64,000 bases of DNA. It comes from Felis catus. Taxonomy: Eukaryota. The DNA lies in NCBI RefSeq assembly GCF_018350175.1, contig NC_058368.1:31746001-31810000 (forward strand), given 5' to 3'. The position numbers and the translations under genes were made by a program. Below, piece after piece: positions 50,089-63,310 of the stretch (the first letter of the stretch is position 1; the number at the start of each line of letters is the position of its first letter). The notes under the pieces were generated by a model. It was not told the DNA's origin. It ran no database searches and saw only the letters and a program-made list of their open reading frames with translations.

Positions 50089-51504
50089 CTGCCTCCCCCC
50101 ATTTCTAATTGATTTGTGTGTTGGGTTTTGAGAGTTATTCATGTATTTTGCATACAAAGCCTTTGTCAGATATGTGATTTGTAGTATTTTATCTCAGTCT
50201 ATCATTTGCCTTTTCACCCTTTTCACAAGATCTTTCATAGAGCAAAAAGTATTTTATCTTGATGAAGTCCAATTTACCAATTCATCTTTAAGAATTAGGC
50301 TTTTGGTTTCAAATATAGAAACTCTTTGCTTAGTCTTAGATACCAGAGATTTTCTCTTATATTCTGTTCTAGAAGTTTTATAGTTTTATGTTTTACATTT
50401 AAATCTATTTTTACATAGGATATGGGGTTTAGGGTGGGTTTATTTTTTTTTTTTTTGCTGATGAATCCTCAGTGTTCCACAATATTTGTTGACAAGGGTT
50501 CCCCTCCTCTGTCAATCATTTGCTTGTTTTTTTTTTTTAAATAATTGGATATATTTGTTTGAATCTATTTTCTGGGTTCTCTTTTCTGTTCTATTCATCC
50601 ATTTATCAATCCCTCTGCCAATACCACATTAGCTTTGTTACAGTAGCTATACTAAGTCTTTACATGAGAAAGAAGGATTCTTCCCACTTTATTATTATTT
50701 TTCAAAATTCTTTTTGGTATTTTAGGACCTTTTCCTTTACTCTCTCTTTCTAAAATCATTATTCTTTAAAACCTCACCTGGCACATTTTTGACATTTCTA
50801 ACACACTTCTAACACTCATTGTTTTCCTATATTTTTAAGTCTTTTGATTTTTCCATTATTGTACTTTGATTAATTATAGTCATAGAGCCTATATTACCAT
50901 TTGAAATTTTCTAACACAAAATCAAGTTCTTCTCAGTCATATAACTCCTGATCTTTTAAACTATTTCTTTTTTTGTCTTTCCTATAAATTTAGTTTTTCA
51001 TCGTACCACATCTTTAAAAGTTCAAACATGTAACATTTACTCAGTTCATCATTTCCTGTTGTGAGTTTCACTTGCCTCCATACCAAATTTTAACTCATAG
51101 TTAACCATTTCAACAGTAAATTCACAGTCTATAGAGTGTATCACCAAACAGAACTTCTCTTTCTTTTCTGGTTAATTCCTGGTCTTTCCTAATGTGTCCT
51201 TCACATTTTATTCTCTTTTATTATACCTTCTGAGCAGCCCAGAGAAGTCATATAATAATTTACATTCTCTGATCCTCTATAAATCATCAATTCATCTTGT
51301 ATTGATCTCTTGAGAACTTATTGATTCCAGAACTTTCAAACAGTCTGCTCCATTCTTCTTAAAAACCCCTCTTCTACTCTGTAGGTGTTCTCACCTCCTA
51401 ATTTTCCTGGGATGTAAGTTGCCAATACAATTTCCTTCAACTCATTTTTCTCTATCTCAAAATAATATGTTTTCATGCCCCTATTTCTGCCTTCTCTGCC
51501 CTTG

Positions 51505-51723
51505 TATTATTTTTTTTCAGTTTATTTATTTATCTTGGGGGAGGGGGGCTCATGCACAAGAGTTGGGGAGAGGCAAAGAGAGAGGGAAGAGAGAATCCCA
51601 GGCAGTCTCCACATTGTCAGTGCTGAGCCCTATGCAAGGCTCAAACTTGTGAAACCCTGAGATAATGACCTGAGCTGAAATCAAGAGCCAGATGCTTAAC
51701 TGACTGAGTCTTCCAGGCACCCC
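51505..51723 (-). mobile_element. Can-SINE
   Basis: GAGAATCCCAGGCAG...ATGACCTGAGCTGAAATCAAGAG...CCAGGCACCCC. Confidence 0.92.
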
Positions 51724-52819
51724 TCTACTCTTATATTTGGGAAGTATTCCTTCCACCCCTGCCCAAACTAAGCTCTCTACTCTGCTTTGTGGATTTTGGA
51801 TCCCAAGAACATCAAATGTAAGCAGTGGATTATTTTTCCATTAAAGTATGAACACAAATATTTTTTAATGTCTTCATTTTTAAAATTAAATTCCAATGTG
51901 CTCCAAATTTAGAAAAAGTCATTTATGCATTTTTGTGCCATTGATTTATGGCTCTCTACAATATATATGTATTTGATAATCTGTCTCTGTTAAAAGTCTA
52001 TGAATGACTCATTAAAGCAATGAAGCCACATGATTTCTCTCTGAACTGTCTCTAAATTTTACATTGTACCTTCCCCACTTCTTTGGCTCCTCCTTTTGTC
52101 TTTTATGAATTTCCTGTTTGTCTACTTTTCTTCTCAAATGTTAATATTCTTTCTCTGTAGCCTATACTGACTTTTCTTTATTTCCACTGCTCATCTCCTA
52201 TAAATGATGATTTTTATCCAAGGTTTTGTTCTAAGTTTTACTCTTTTTACTGAAATAAATATTTTGTTGTTTGTTGTTTTGTATGTCCCAATTCCATGCT
52301 CATTACCCTTTTTAGACAAAACTGATTCTAAGTCTTACTGATACCTCTCTCCAGTTATACATTTCATCTGCCTCTTGGAAGATTTCCCCATTTGGACGAC
52401 TGCCCAGGATCAATTGCTAACCCTTCTAAAATCTACTCTCATAATTCTTGTTCAGTTTGTATCTATAATTTTTCCATTATCAGTATCTTTATTTAATTTT
52501 TGTTGTATATAAGATTATTAAAATAGTTGTCTTGTTCATTCATCTTTCCAATCTCAATCTCTCTTTAATATATCCTAATTGATAAATGATCTCATATTTC
52601 TTCTCACCTCACTTACTTATCCAAAATCATCAACCATTTCATATTGCCTTCTAACCTAATTTAGAACTTTTCATTTTGCACCTCAAGAACATGCATGTTC
52701 TTGCCTTGCCTTGCTTTTCTTTCCTTTCCTTTCCTTTCCTTTCCTTTTTCATAACTATTCTCCTACAAGAAGTGAAAAATTCAGAGGAAAAAAATAAAAA
52801 TGAGATTAATCTCAATGAT

Positions 52820-53033
52820 CTCTGGAATCAGATAGTTTAAGGTTTTAATGTCTGCCCTACTGCTAACTTGAAGCAAGTTACCTACAATTGTATTTCTCTG
52901 TTCCCTCATTTGAAAAATGGGGGAAATGGTAGTGTTTGCCATAGTTACTGAAAGGTTTAAATGGAAAAATGTGAGTAAAGGTCTTTGCACAGTGTCTGGT
53001 GCATGGTAGGCAATCAGTGCTCTTAGCCATTAT
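52820..53033 (+). mobile_element. MIR
   Basis: CTGGAATCAGA...GCAAGTTAC...CCCTCATTTGAAAAATGGGG...GCACAGTGTCTGGTGCATGGTAGGCA core and 3' end. Confidence 0.85.
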
Positions 53034-53339
53034 ATCTTATTTTAAGGCTGTTATAAAATTGAGAGGGCTTGAGGGTGTTTATTCTTACATATACCCAGGC
53101 ATTTTCAGAATATTAGAAGGTTGCATATAAAGAGAAAGTACTATTACATTTTACTTCACTACAACTCTAAAAAGGAATTGTGAACATAAGGTAGAAAATT
53201 CAATATAATATTATTTGTTATTGCTAATCGTATCTTTTATTATAAGACTCCAAGGTTCATGAATTTTTTTTTGTTTTCTTTTAAGTTTCCTTTTAACTTT
53301 TATTACTATAGGATAAAGTACATATCATGAAATTACTTT

Positions 53340-53535
53340 TTTTTTCAAGTTTATTTTATTTTGAAAGAGAGAGAGGAAAAAAAAGGAGAGTGGAGGTGGG
53401 CAGACAGAATCCCAAGCAGGCTCCTTGCTCTCAGCACAGAACTGATGCTGGGCTCAAGTTTACAAACTGCGAGATCATGACCTGAGCTGAAATCAAGAGT
53501 CAGATGCTTAACCAACTGAGCCACCTGGGCACCCC
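53340..53535 (-). mobile_element. Can-SINE
   Basis: Canonical body; flanks TGAAATTACTTTT/TGAAATTTCTTTT. Confidence 0.92.
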
Positions 53536-55670
53536 GTGAAATTTCTTTTATTATTATTATTCTTATTTTTTTTTACCTGTTGTTTGTCTTATTTATTAAG
53601 GATATATGTCAAGCCATTGATATCAGGTCATTGATTCACGTACTTTTTTCTTCAGCTCTTATTTTCATTCAAAACATCAGCAAAGCTCGAATGTTCTTTT
53701 TGTTCACTATCTACTATTGAATTAATGTAAATTTAAATTAATATCCAGATGATTGGTGATGCCATCATATGCCTTGTCATATGAAGGTCTACTTGATGGC
53801 ATTTCTCTCTGGATCATCTTTTGTTTTCCATGTAATTTGCATCACATTAAAAGATTTTCATTTTTATTTTCTGATGATTTTGCTCTTTTTTACTGAACAT
53901 ATTCTGAAGGTTTTTCCATAGAAGAATACCTTGAACATTTCTCCATTAAACTGGAGGAACAAATACCACTGGATTTGTCAACTGATTTATTGATTTTGAC
54001 ACATATCCATAATGGTGCACATGCATATGAATTTGGCTATCTATATCTATGTATCACATCAATAACTATGTTGTGACAAATGGGGCAAAACCAAAACAGT
54101 CTCAGTTCTGACTTCTCTAACCTTTACAGTAGCTTAATCTTCCTAAGTGTCTAACTTTGCTGCAATTTTCCTTTGACAAGACACAAGAAAAAAATGCACA
54201 GGCTGTATGTATCTCCCCAAATTTTTTTAATTCCAAATAGAAAAGGTATTTTATTAAACAGAAGCATGCACACAGAATGAGAAAAGGATAAAGGGATAGA
54301 GAGAGAGACCAAGAGGGTAATAATACAAATGTGGCAAAATATTAGACCTTGGTGACATGAGTAAATGGATCTATGAGTTAGTCATTTTACTAAATCTAAT
54401 TTCCTAAAAGTTTTATTTTAGTTTGGAATAAAAAGTTTAATAAGTTTAATAAAAACACGAACACAGAGTGTTTTACTTTGAGTGCATCTTTCCTTTGCCT
54501 TGTTAACCAATGACTCCAACACACCGAGAAGACAGGAATACATCACATTTGCGTAAAATATCACCTGTGTTACTAACAAGGATAATATTGGCACATATGA
54601 CTCATGTCATTATTCAGGCATGATTTTTTAGGATACTTTGGGTTTAAGTATTGAGGTTGTGGTCAGTCAAAGTTATTACCATTTTCTTTTTAAGAGGTTA
54701 AAATTCTATCAGGACAGGCCTGAAACCACTTCCATAAAGCCAGTTTGCAATGTCAGTTTGTACAGTTTTGGTTGTTCCTGGAACCACTGCATTAGCAGAT
54801 ATTTTGATCCCAGAAGAGGCTGAGAAATATCAGACCAGTGTATGAAGAAACTCCTAGATCTGTTTGTATGCAAAGTTGAAATTAATTTCCTATTTTGTTC
54901 TCCATACCAAATTATGCCTAGTGTCACTGTTGAATAAACTCATTGAAAGCTTAAAATTAAGATTGAATGTCAACATGTGGATATTACACAAAATATTCCA
55001 AAAATCTAACTTAATTTTTATCACATTAATAAGTTCCCAGGGAAAAGTAAAGTTAAAAAACATAAAATATTTGTTTAAACTTAAAGCAAAGTTCAAAATC
55101 CATTCTTCTCAATTTGTTACCTTGCTCAGTATCAGGTGGAGGGATGCTTAATGCCTACATAGAGTTGCATTCATTCCACATGCAGCTGCAATATAAAGGG
55201 CCTCTGGTTGGAATGGGTGTAGTTTGTTGGTTTTTTTTTCAGGGCATAAAGAGTTTTGTTGTTCAATAAATTAGAAGTGATTTATTTAGAAATATGGCTT
55301 TTCCTATGTAAGAAAGGATTGCATAATACTGAGCTCCAGGATTAGATTCCATGCTTTCTGTGGTCAGCAAACTCATAAGGGAAAGAGAGAGTGTGGGATC
55401 AGGTAGCACACGTAAGGCTTCTCCTTGAAAAGTCCTAATTCAGGCCCTTTGCCTTCCCACCCCCAACTTCCACCTTTGGGGAGAAATCACACGCAAGATA
55501 GAGAAGGCAGAAATGTTTGATTAAGAAAATCCTCTTTATACTCCACCACATATAAAACATCAGAACTGGGATGCAAAAATTACCCCCTCAACAGAAATGA
55601 TAAGATGTTTCATTTGCCAGAAAATGAAACAAAACCAAAAACAAAGAGGAAATGACTGGAAGCTGAACAT

Positions 55671-55708
55671 GGGGTGGGGGCGGGGGGGGGGGGGGGGAGG
55701 GAGGGAGG
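55671..55708 (+). other. G-run tract with G-quadruplex potential
   Basis: GGGGTGGGGGC-G16-AGGGAGGGAGG. Confidence 0.8.
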
Positions 55709-56419
55709 TAGAAAAAGACATTTGACATTTAATACAATCTTATAAACCTCCAACTTGCTAAAAGTTTCTAGTTCTGTTTCTCTGTAGGTCAATTTGAAAG
55801 AAAATACTAATTGGTGCATTTAACCTAATGGAAACAGTATAATGACCTTGTACATGGTTGGTGTTTCTGCTGACAAGAATACTCACCAGAGATTTTGTAA
55901 GCAAATTATTGTTTGGTCTCCGGTATCTCTGGATCTTTCTTGTATGAGCCTATTAGTCAATTGTAAAACTTCCTAACAAAGCCAGGTTTCATTATTTATT
56001 TTTGAAATTTTGGCATGTATAAGTAATCTAATTTTGCAATTAAATATTTTATATCAAACTGGTACTCTTTGTCTAGGTTTATCTTAATTATTTAATACAA
56101 TAAATGCCACATGCTATCTACCTAACCAAGTACTTTCTAACAGTTACAAAATGCACATTTTACATGAAACATTTTGCCTTTTTTGAGGCCAACTTTGAAA
56201 CATTAGGATGGTACTAGGAGACTTCTTATATCCCTTGTTATACTTACTGTCTTGGTCATTCACATATCAGGTAGATGATACATTGATACATAGATAGGCA
56301 ATTATCTATATCTATAGTTTTTTAGTTAAATGAATTCTAAGTTGTTACTAACTTATTAAGCAGCATTTTATTTCATTTGCCCTAAAGCTACTCTGAAAGA
56401 AGAAATCAGTTAAATTAAA

Positions 56420-56780
56420 TCCTAATCTGAGCTTGATAATAACTTGATATATAAACTTGGACAAATTGCTTAATTGCCCTGAGCTGCATTTTTGCCCAAC
56501 TGTAATGATTCCTCAGCCTATTCCAATTCCAACCCCATGTGGACATCTTGTTAATAGATGGGTCATTTCAGTAGCGACGGTCCAGGATTTAAACCAATGA
56601 ATAAGTTTGTGAGTCATACACCCAGGGCAAATTCATTAACACTTTTTGATACTCAGTTTTAGTATTTTCAAAATAATATTGTTAATGATATCATCTGTTT
56701 TAAAGAAACATGGAGGAATCAAATAAAGTAAGGTTCTGTAAAATCATTTTGTAATGGCAGAGCATTATTTAATTGTAAAG
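56420..56780 (+). mobile_element. MIR fragments
   Basis: AACTTGGACAAATTGCTTAATTGCCCTGAGCTGCATTT and CAGGGCAAATTCATTAACAC...CTCAGTTTT core-like motifs. Confidence 0.55.
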
Positions 56781-59700
56781 TGATCTTCTAACTCTAAGAA
56801 ACAACTTCCATATTTCATTGGTGATGCTCAATGTCCACTATTACATGGTTTGGTGATGGAGACTGTATTTTAGCCATAATTTCTATTTTATCCAATCAGA
56901 AGTATTTATAGTATTTATTACGTGCCTGAAATTGGTGTTATACATTTACAAGTCATTTTGTTCTCACTTTTGTTTCTGACGGAATAGTCTTTGTTCAACT
57001 AAAGCCATTCCTCTGTCCTGATCATCTTTAAGCCGTGGTTTTGAAACTTATGAACGAGTACCATGGGTTTCTTTCTCTGAACCAGCAGAATGATAAAGTA
57101 AAGGTATTGGTTGGAACTTGGAACTAAATAATTTCTCTCCTATTTCTGACACTCCTAAAAGTGAAATGTTTACTCTTGTCATCTTGTAGTTCTCCTATCC
57201 CTAACGAGAAGCAGGTCACCAACTTAGTTTACCCTTCATAGGGACATCTGGGCTTTGTGCTTATGAAGGGTAACTTCATAATGGATTGAGAATAGCTGAC
57301 CAACATGCCTTGGAGTGTTATTATGTGAGTTAAGTGAGTAGATGTACAAATAAAACAGTTATACCGCACTGACAATGCCACTCCAATCTGAATAGATTCA
57401 GTGCAATAGAAAAACAAATGCATAACTGCCTGCATGGTCTGAATCCTACCAAATAGTGGGGAGTTCTTTGAATAGTAGCAATAGTATCTGGTCAAGTCAG
57501 TAGAGTTCCATTAGTCCCTCAGGGGCCCAAATTTTGATTATGTAATGCTGGATCTAGAGTAGAGAAACAATGCATGAGTAGAATCCACCTTAAGTATTAA
57601 AAATGAAGACAGAGTTTCTAACTTGATATACTGATGAAGCTATTATGTCACAGATCTAGGAATAAATTTAAGTCTAAAGTTCTTGCTACATTTCCAATAA
57701 AAAGTATCAATATGTATCAAGAAGTGTCAAAATTATCAAATGTAAATCCTTTGATAATTTTCCCCTTTTTAAAATATCTAACAGTAGGCATCTTTTCCTA
57801 ACTTTCACTTCACTTAAAAGTCAGTCTCTGAGATCAGGCAACAGCTGCCTCAATAATCTCCTTGCCAGCATCCCCCGCCCCTATACACTGTTGCCAGATT
57901 TTTTCTTTTTCTTTTTCTTTTTTTTAAAAATAAAAGCACCATGTCACTTCCCAGATCAAATCACTGATATGGATTTTTATTGTTGGAATGAAAAGCCAAA
58001 TAACCTTCTTGATTTGCAAAACAAAAGCTTTTGTCACCTAGCCTTTCTTTTGTCCCTTTTCTCCTAACTGCCCACGTGTATTTAAGTCACATCTGACTAC
58101 CTACTCCCCCTCACAACTGCCATTCCTTTCTTAGGAAGTGTTAAACATTAGCTTCATCCCATCATAAGGAAGGTCTGGGAAGATATATGAACCATTTTGG
58201 TTTATCTATTTAATATTTGTATTAAAAGCAGACATTTAGTACTCTAATACAATCTATAGAGGGAGAAAAAATGAAATTTGGTGGTTTTAATTGCCGGGAA
58301 ATACACTTTTTGATCGATGTCAACATGTCCTTGGTGATATTTTATTCTTCCTTTGTTCTTTATTATTAAATGTATTGTGACATGTTATGTCAAGGAAATA
58401 ATGTTGGAGCTGTAAAGATCATAACTGGGTGACTGCACTTACAAGAAACCTTATAAATTTTAATAAATGACCTTTCCAAGAAGCTGTCAATAGCAACACC
58501 TTTAGGCAATAAGTCCAGTAATTTATTCTATATCTACCTATCTATCTATCCACATTTGTACAAGTTACTTTACAATTAGATTGGGAAATAAAAATATATT
58601 AATGTTGCTAAACACTGCTATTTCAAGATAGTTTATTAAGAGCATTGCTTTTACCTAAATTTTTAAAAGTTTTAAAAATAATATTTTTTTTCCATTCATA
58701 TAACATAAATCACAAAATGTACAGGATGTGTATAAATGTATGCATGTGCACAGAGAGAAAAAGTGTATCCTAAACAGTGTGCTTGTCAGAATGCTCAAGG
58801 CTTGCTTTTAAAATTACGTGTAATGTGACAAAGCAAGGGGGAAACCCTGTCATTTTAGCTTTGGAGTTCAAACATGCTAATGAGTACATATTCTGGCATA
58901 AATGTGGTTAGAAATGTACTGTGTCAAAGAGATTGATCTCCATAATAGTTAATGAATCTGAAATGAGGAATAGAAGATACAGTGTCATAGATCCAATTTT
59001 ATTGCTTGGAATTGTATTCGCCCTTGGCAAAGCAGCTTGTTTATTGGTGCTCATTATAGCTGATACAGTATTGTAAACTACTTTCATCTAGAAATAAAGG
59101 TTATCAAAGATCATAACATAATGCAGGCATGAGGAGTTTGCACAACACTTCAACATGCTTTTATTACTGACTATAATACAGCAATACATGTAGTGTAAGT
59201 ATTAGCATTACAATTATATTACCAACACCTTACCTGTAGTTTTAGTGTCAAAAGACATTATATTTAGTCAAGCTTGGATAATGGTGCAACTAAAAACAGT
59301 ATTGAAAAATCAAAACTGAATGCATGGCAAATGTTTGAAAACACATAGGGCAGATTTATTATTCATGTTGAACACAATTATTCCATTGTACCAATGAAAA
59401 GAAACCACAAAACGACATGATAAGGTAAGGACTACTATTGTTTTAATCTCAGTTTACAGGAATCCTTTTAGCTTAAAGGATTATGGGCAGGTGGCAAGCT
59501 GTCGTGTTCTGCAAATTTTAGAACTTAAAATGTATTGAATTTTTCTTTCATACAGAGATATTTAAGGGGCAATAGTTTTACTTTACTACTTATATTGAAG
59601 CCATACCTAAACAAAGTTTAGACATTTGAAATAAACTTAAAATGAATTGCCTGCCCATTAGGCATCTTTCATTGCACGGTCTTTAGAATTTAGCAGACAT

Positions 59701-60075
59701 TTTTAATTTTACTGAGAAAGGTGATGCTCTATGCTTTTACTAAAAGACCATTTTCCTCTTTGGTCCCAAAAGTGTCAATATGTATGGATAAAAGATTAAA
59801 GGGAAAACATAAATATCTGGCCAAAAATATGAAACGACATTTGCTGAATGAATGTCTGCTTTTGTTTTTGGATCGAGCTCATGGAATTTCATAGAGCTTT
59901 GTAAACTATTTCATATATGGCATTGAGATTCTTTTATTCTTTGCATTATCAAATTCTTCTGAAGAAAAAAAAAAGTGAGTTTGATTGGCATTCTTGATAC
60001 AGAATTTCCCAATATTCTACCACAGTATCTATGAAAACAAAGAAAAAGATGTACTTTGAGATAATAGTGCATACA

Positions 60076-60282
60076 GGGCGCTGGGGTGGCTCAGTCGGTT
60101 AAGCATCTGACTACAGCTTGTGAGTTTGAGCCCCATGTCAGGCTCTGTGCTGACAGCTCGGAGCCTGAAGCCTGCTTCAGATACTGTGTCTCTTTCTGAC
60201 CCTTTCCAGCTTGTGCTCTGTCTCTGTCTCTGTCTCTGTCTCTCTGTCTCAAATATAAATAAACATTTAAAAAAAATTTTAA
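60076..60282 (+). mobile_element. Can-SINE (felid type)
   Basis: GGGCGCTGGGGTGGCTCAGTCGGTTAAG head; flanks AGATAATAGTG/AGATAATTGTG. Confidence 0.93.
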
Positions 60283-60949
60283 AGATAATTGTGTATCCTA
60301 TAAAAGACACATAACATGATTTTTCAGATATTTTGTGAGTGCATTCCACTCAGTAAAATAATGACTTAGGTAGAAAGAGACATAAGTAGATATGGTGCCA
60401 AAAATGCTCAACCATAGGTGGCGTTGATATTGAATAAATCTATGATTTATTATTCTCTGTATACGTCCATTTCAGAAGCTCAAATTAAATAAAAGATTGG
60501 CCTGATAGACGAAGAGCCAATTGATGATATCATCAAAAATCCAAGACTGAATTGTCATGTTGTCCATTAATTCTGCATGTCAAAAAATAATGAGAGTTTA
60601 TATTCAACTTATATAATTATTGGTTTTATTCCTAGTACACAGTGTTAACTGGGCAGAGTGGAAGCAATTCCTCATTGAGGAAGTGAGAGTAATGGCACAA
60701 GTTTATAAAAAAACAGACTGTTGGCAAAAGTCAACTAAATGTAGTTTCAATCATCAAATAATTATTAAAGTGATAAAAAATAAAATGACATTGAAGAAAA
60801 ATACTGCAGAAAGAAGAAATGAAGTTTTTATGTGCTGATGACATAACAGGTGGCATATTTGTAAAAATAATTTTGCAAGTTGCAAAATGAAATTTTATAA
60901 AAGTGTCTCATATATACAATTGAAAACAAGAAGACATGCATTGTGTATT

Positions 60950-61800
60950 AAAGAGCTGCTACAAAGAGAGAAGTGATTACTAAGACATAAAACAAGTGAA
61001 ACACAAATACAGAACAGATGCATTTCAAAGATAAAATGTTAGATTAAAAGGTTGAACTAAATAAAGAATTGCAAATTAGCGAAAAATCCAGTGGCAGAGT
61101 TAATACCACACTGGAAGAAATAAGAACAGAAGTGAAAATAGGAAATTGAACACTGATCGTAAATAAATCAAACTAGAGTACTATAATGCAGAAAATGATG
61201 AAAATAAGTACAGAGAATATATACGGAAGAAAGAAAAAACTAAAATAAAATTTACTTCAAGAAGAAACAAAAACTACAAAGGAAACAAGTATCAAAGACA
61301 TAATTTAAGGGGCGCCTGAGTGGCTCAGTCTGTTAAGCGTCCCACTTTGGCTCAGGTCATAATTTCAAGGCTTGTTGAGTTTGAGCCCCGATTGGGCTCT
61401 GTGCTGACATCTCAGAGCCTGGAGCCTGCTTCAGATTCTGTGTCTCCCTCTCTCTGCCCCTCCCCTGCTCATGCTCCGTCTCTCTCTCTCTTTCTCTCAA
61501 AAATATATAAACATATTTTTTTTATTGAGTTAAAAACAGGTGTCTTGACAATCTAGACACAAATTGTGTACTACAGTTAAACAAAAACAAAAACAAAAAA
61601 TGAGACCACATATGCCATGAAAAGAATCAAATTTTCAATTTGAAGATTTAAAATTTTAAGCATCTAGATAAAACATGTTACAAATAATTTAAGAAAATCA
61701 ATTTGGGCTCAGTATTTTTCTTTACAATGTTTAATGAAAGTTAATGTGGTTTTGTGAAGAAATACACACTTATAAAAAATTCCCTATGCATTTAATTCAT
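60950..61800 (+). mobile_element. Decayed L1 ORF1/HAL1-like fragment
   Basis: Very A-rich. AAAATTTTAAGCATCTAGATAAAA...AAGAAAATCAATTTGGGCTCAGTATTT resembles ORF1 C-terminal DNA. Confidence 0.4.
61309..61525 (+). mobile_element. Can-SINE (felid type)
   Basis: GGGGCGCCTGAGTGGCTCAG head, CAGAGCCTGGAGCCTGCTTCAGATTCTGTGTCTCCC, and a CT tract. Confidence 0.94.
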
Positions 61801-61959
61801 TGTTTATGTGTAACAACCATTTCCAAATTTTCATTATGATAACAAAGAGGTAAAGAAAAATGACAACATATTTCTCTTTTTACACAGAGTCAGATGATAT
61901 TCTTCAAGCGTATTATAGGGAAAATATGTTAAAAATAGGTATACAGTACATGCAAAAAA

Positions 61960-62540
61960 AAAGTTACAGTTCAGAATAAGGAGCCATTGAGGATTTTAAT
62001 CAGGCATATGTCATAAGATTGGCATTGAGGAATATGATGCTGACAGCAATGTAAAAATTGTATTTGATGGTGGCAGTACTAGTGAATATTGGTAACTAAT
62101 AGACTTTTGGTATAAAATATGACTTTTTGGTATAAAAATATGAAGTGTGGGTGTGTGGTGCTGATGGTTGGTGATCAATAGTAGTGATGATAAAGAGAAA
62201 AGTAAAATATAAAAGAGAGAATATCAACTAGATTTGCTGGCCAATTTGAAAATGGGGATTTAGATGTAGAGGAGAAAAATCACTAAAAATCACTAAAAGT
62301 AACTAAAAGTTACTTCCACATTTCTTGCTTGAGGGAATGGGTGGAGCCTGTTGGAGTGCAGAGGAATACAGAGTAAACAAATCATATGTATATCTGGAGT
62401 CAAGAAGGAGAGAGTGATTATTGGTGTCATAGCTGTAGATTGTCATTAAAGTAATAAGCATGGATGGGATTCAGCAGGGAGGGTGCATAAATGCAGGTTT
62501 TTAATTGGTGGGTCTTGAAATATTGTTACACTGAGAAGGG
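61960..62540 (-). mobile_element. L2 fragment (probably continues at about 63350-63800)
   Basis: GGAGCCATTGAGGATTTTAATCAGG...; CTAGATTTGCTGGCCAATTTGAAAATGGGG; ATCTGGAGTCAAGAAGGAGAG. Confidence 0.65.
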
Positions 62541-62856
62541 TTTCCAGGTAGCCCTGGATATAAATATTGTTACCATTATCTTCAGTGAAAGCCTAGCAGA
62601 GCTTAGTGTCTAGAGATTCAGGACATTGTCTACTCTGACACTTTCACTTCCACTCTCTGCAATAAAACACAAATATTTAGATGCCAGGCACTTTGTCAGG
62701 CAAAAGCATTGAAAATACAACAAAGATGTGATGTCCTAAGGGTCAAGAAAAAGAGATGGTCCAGTTGAATGAACTAAAATACCATACTAATTTCGGCACT
62801 ACCATATCACTGCCAACCATGATAGAAGCTCTTTCAGGTATAAATCTAGAAATCAA

Positions 62857-63064
62857 GGAGGCCTGGGTGGTTCACTTGGTTAAGCTTCTGACTCTTGATT
62901 TCGGCTCAGGTCATGATCTCAGGGTTTGTGAGTTTGAACCCTGAGTCCCACTTTGTGCTGACTTAGAGGAGTCCTTTTGGGATTCTCTGTCTCCCTCTCT
63001 CTCTGCGCTCCAATCCCCGCCCCTTACTCTTGCTCTCACTCTCTTTCTCTCTCAAAAATAAATA
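62857..63064 (+). mobile_element. Can-SINE (first of a tandem pair)
   Basis: Head GGAGGCCTGGGTGGTTCA. The pair is flanked by AAT(C/G)TAGAAATCA (62843-62855, 63337-63349). Confidence 0.92.
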
Positions 63065-63229
63065 GGGGCGCCTGGGTGGCTCAATTGATTAGGCATCTGA
63101 TTTCGCCTCAGGTCATAATCCTGTTTGTGTGTTCAAGCCCTGCATTGTGAACTCTGTGCTGATGGCTCAGAGACTAGAGCTTCCTTCAGATTCTGTCTCC
63201 CTCTCTCTGTCCTTCCCCCACTTGCACTC

Positions 63230-63280
<51 letters not shown>

Positions 63281-63310
63281 AATAAATATACATTAAAAAA
63301 TTAAAAATAA
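63065..63310 (+). mobile_element. Can-SINE inserted in the tail of the preceding SINE; long (CT)n
   Basis: GGGGCGCCTGGGTGGCTCA immediately follows AAAAATAAATA. Confidence 0.93.

Larger units (their letters stand above)
48780..50750 (-). mobile_element. Old L1 (L1MB/L1MC-like) 3'UTR plus ORF2 end, with (GT)n at about 48984-49025 and two nested SINEs
   Basis: TAGACTCACAGGAGGCTGCAAAG...; ATATCTCATGATGGTTTTAATTT...TAATGATGTTGAGCATCTTT; CTGCCAATACCACA. Confidence 0.85.

Noticed and set aside
54638..54927. Short ORFs on both strands in unique sequence as possible coding exons
   Set aside because: The frames I checked terminate quickly, with no recognisable protein and no convincing paired splice sites.
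62102..62142. Tandem duplication GACTTTTGGTATAAAATAT x2
   Set aside because: Ordinary slippage duplication inside an L2 relic.
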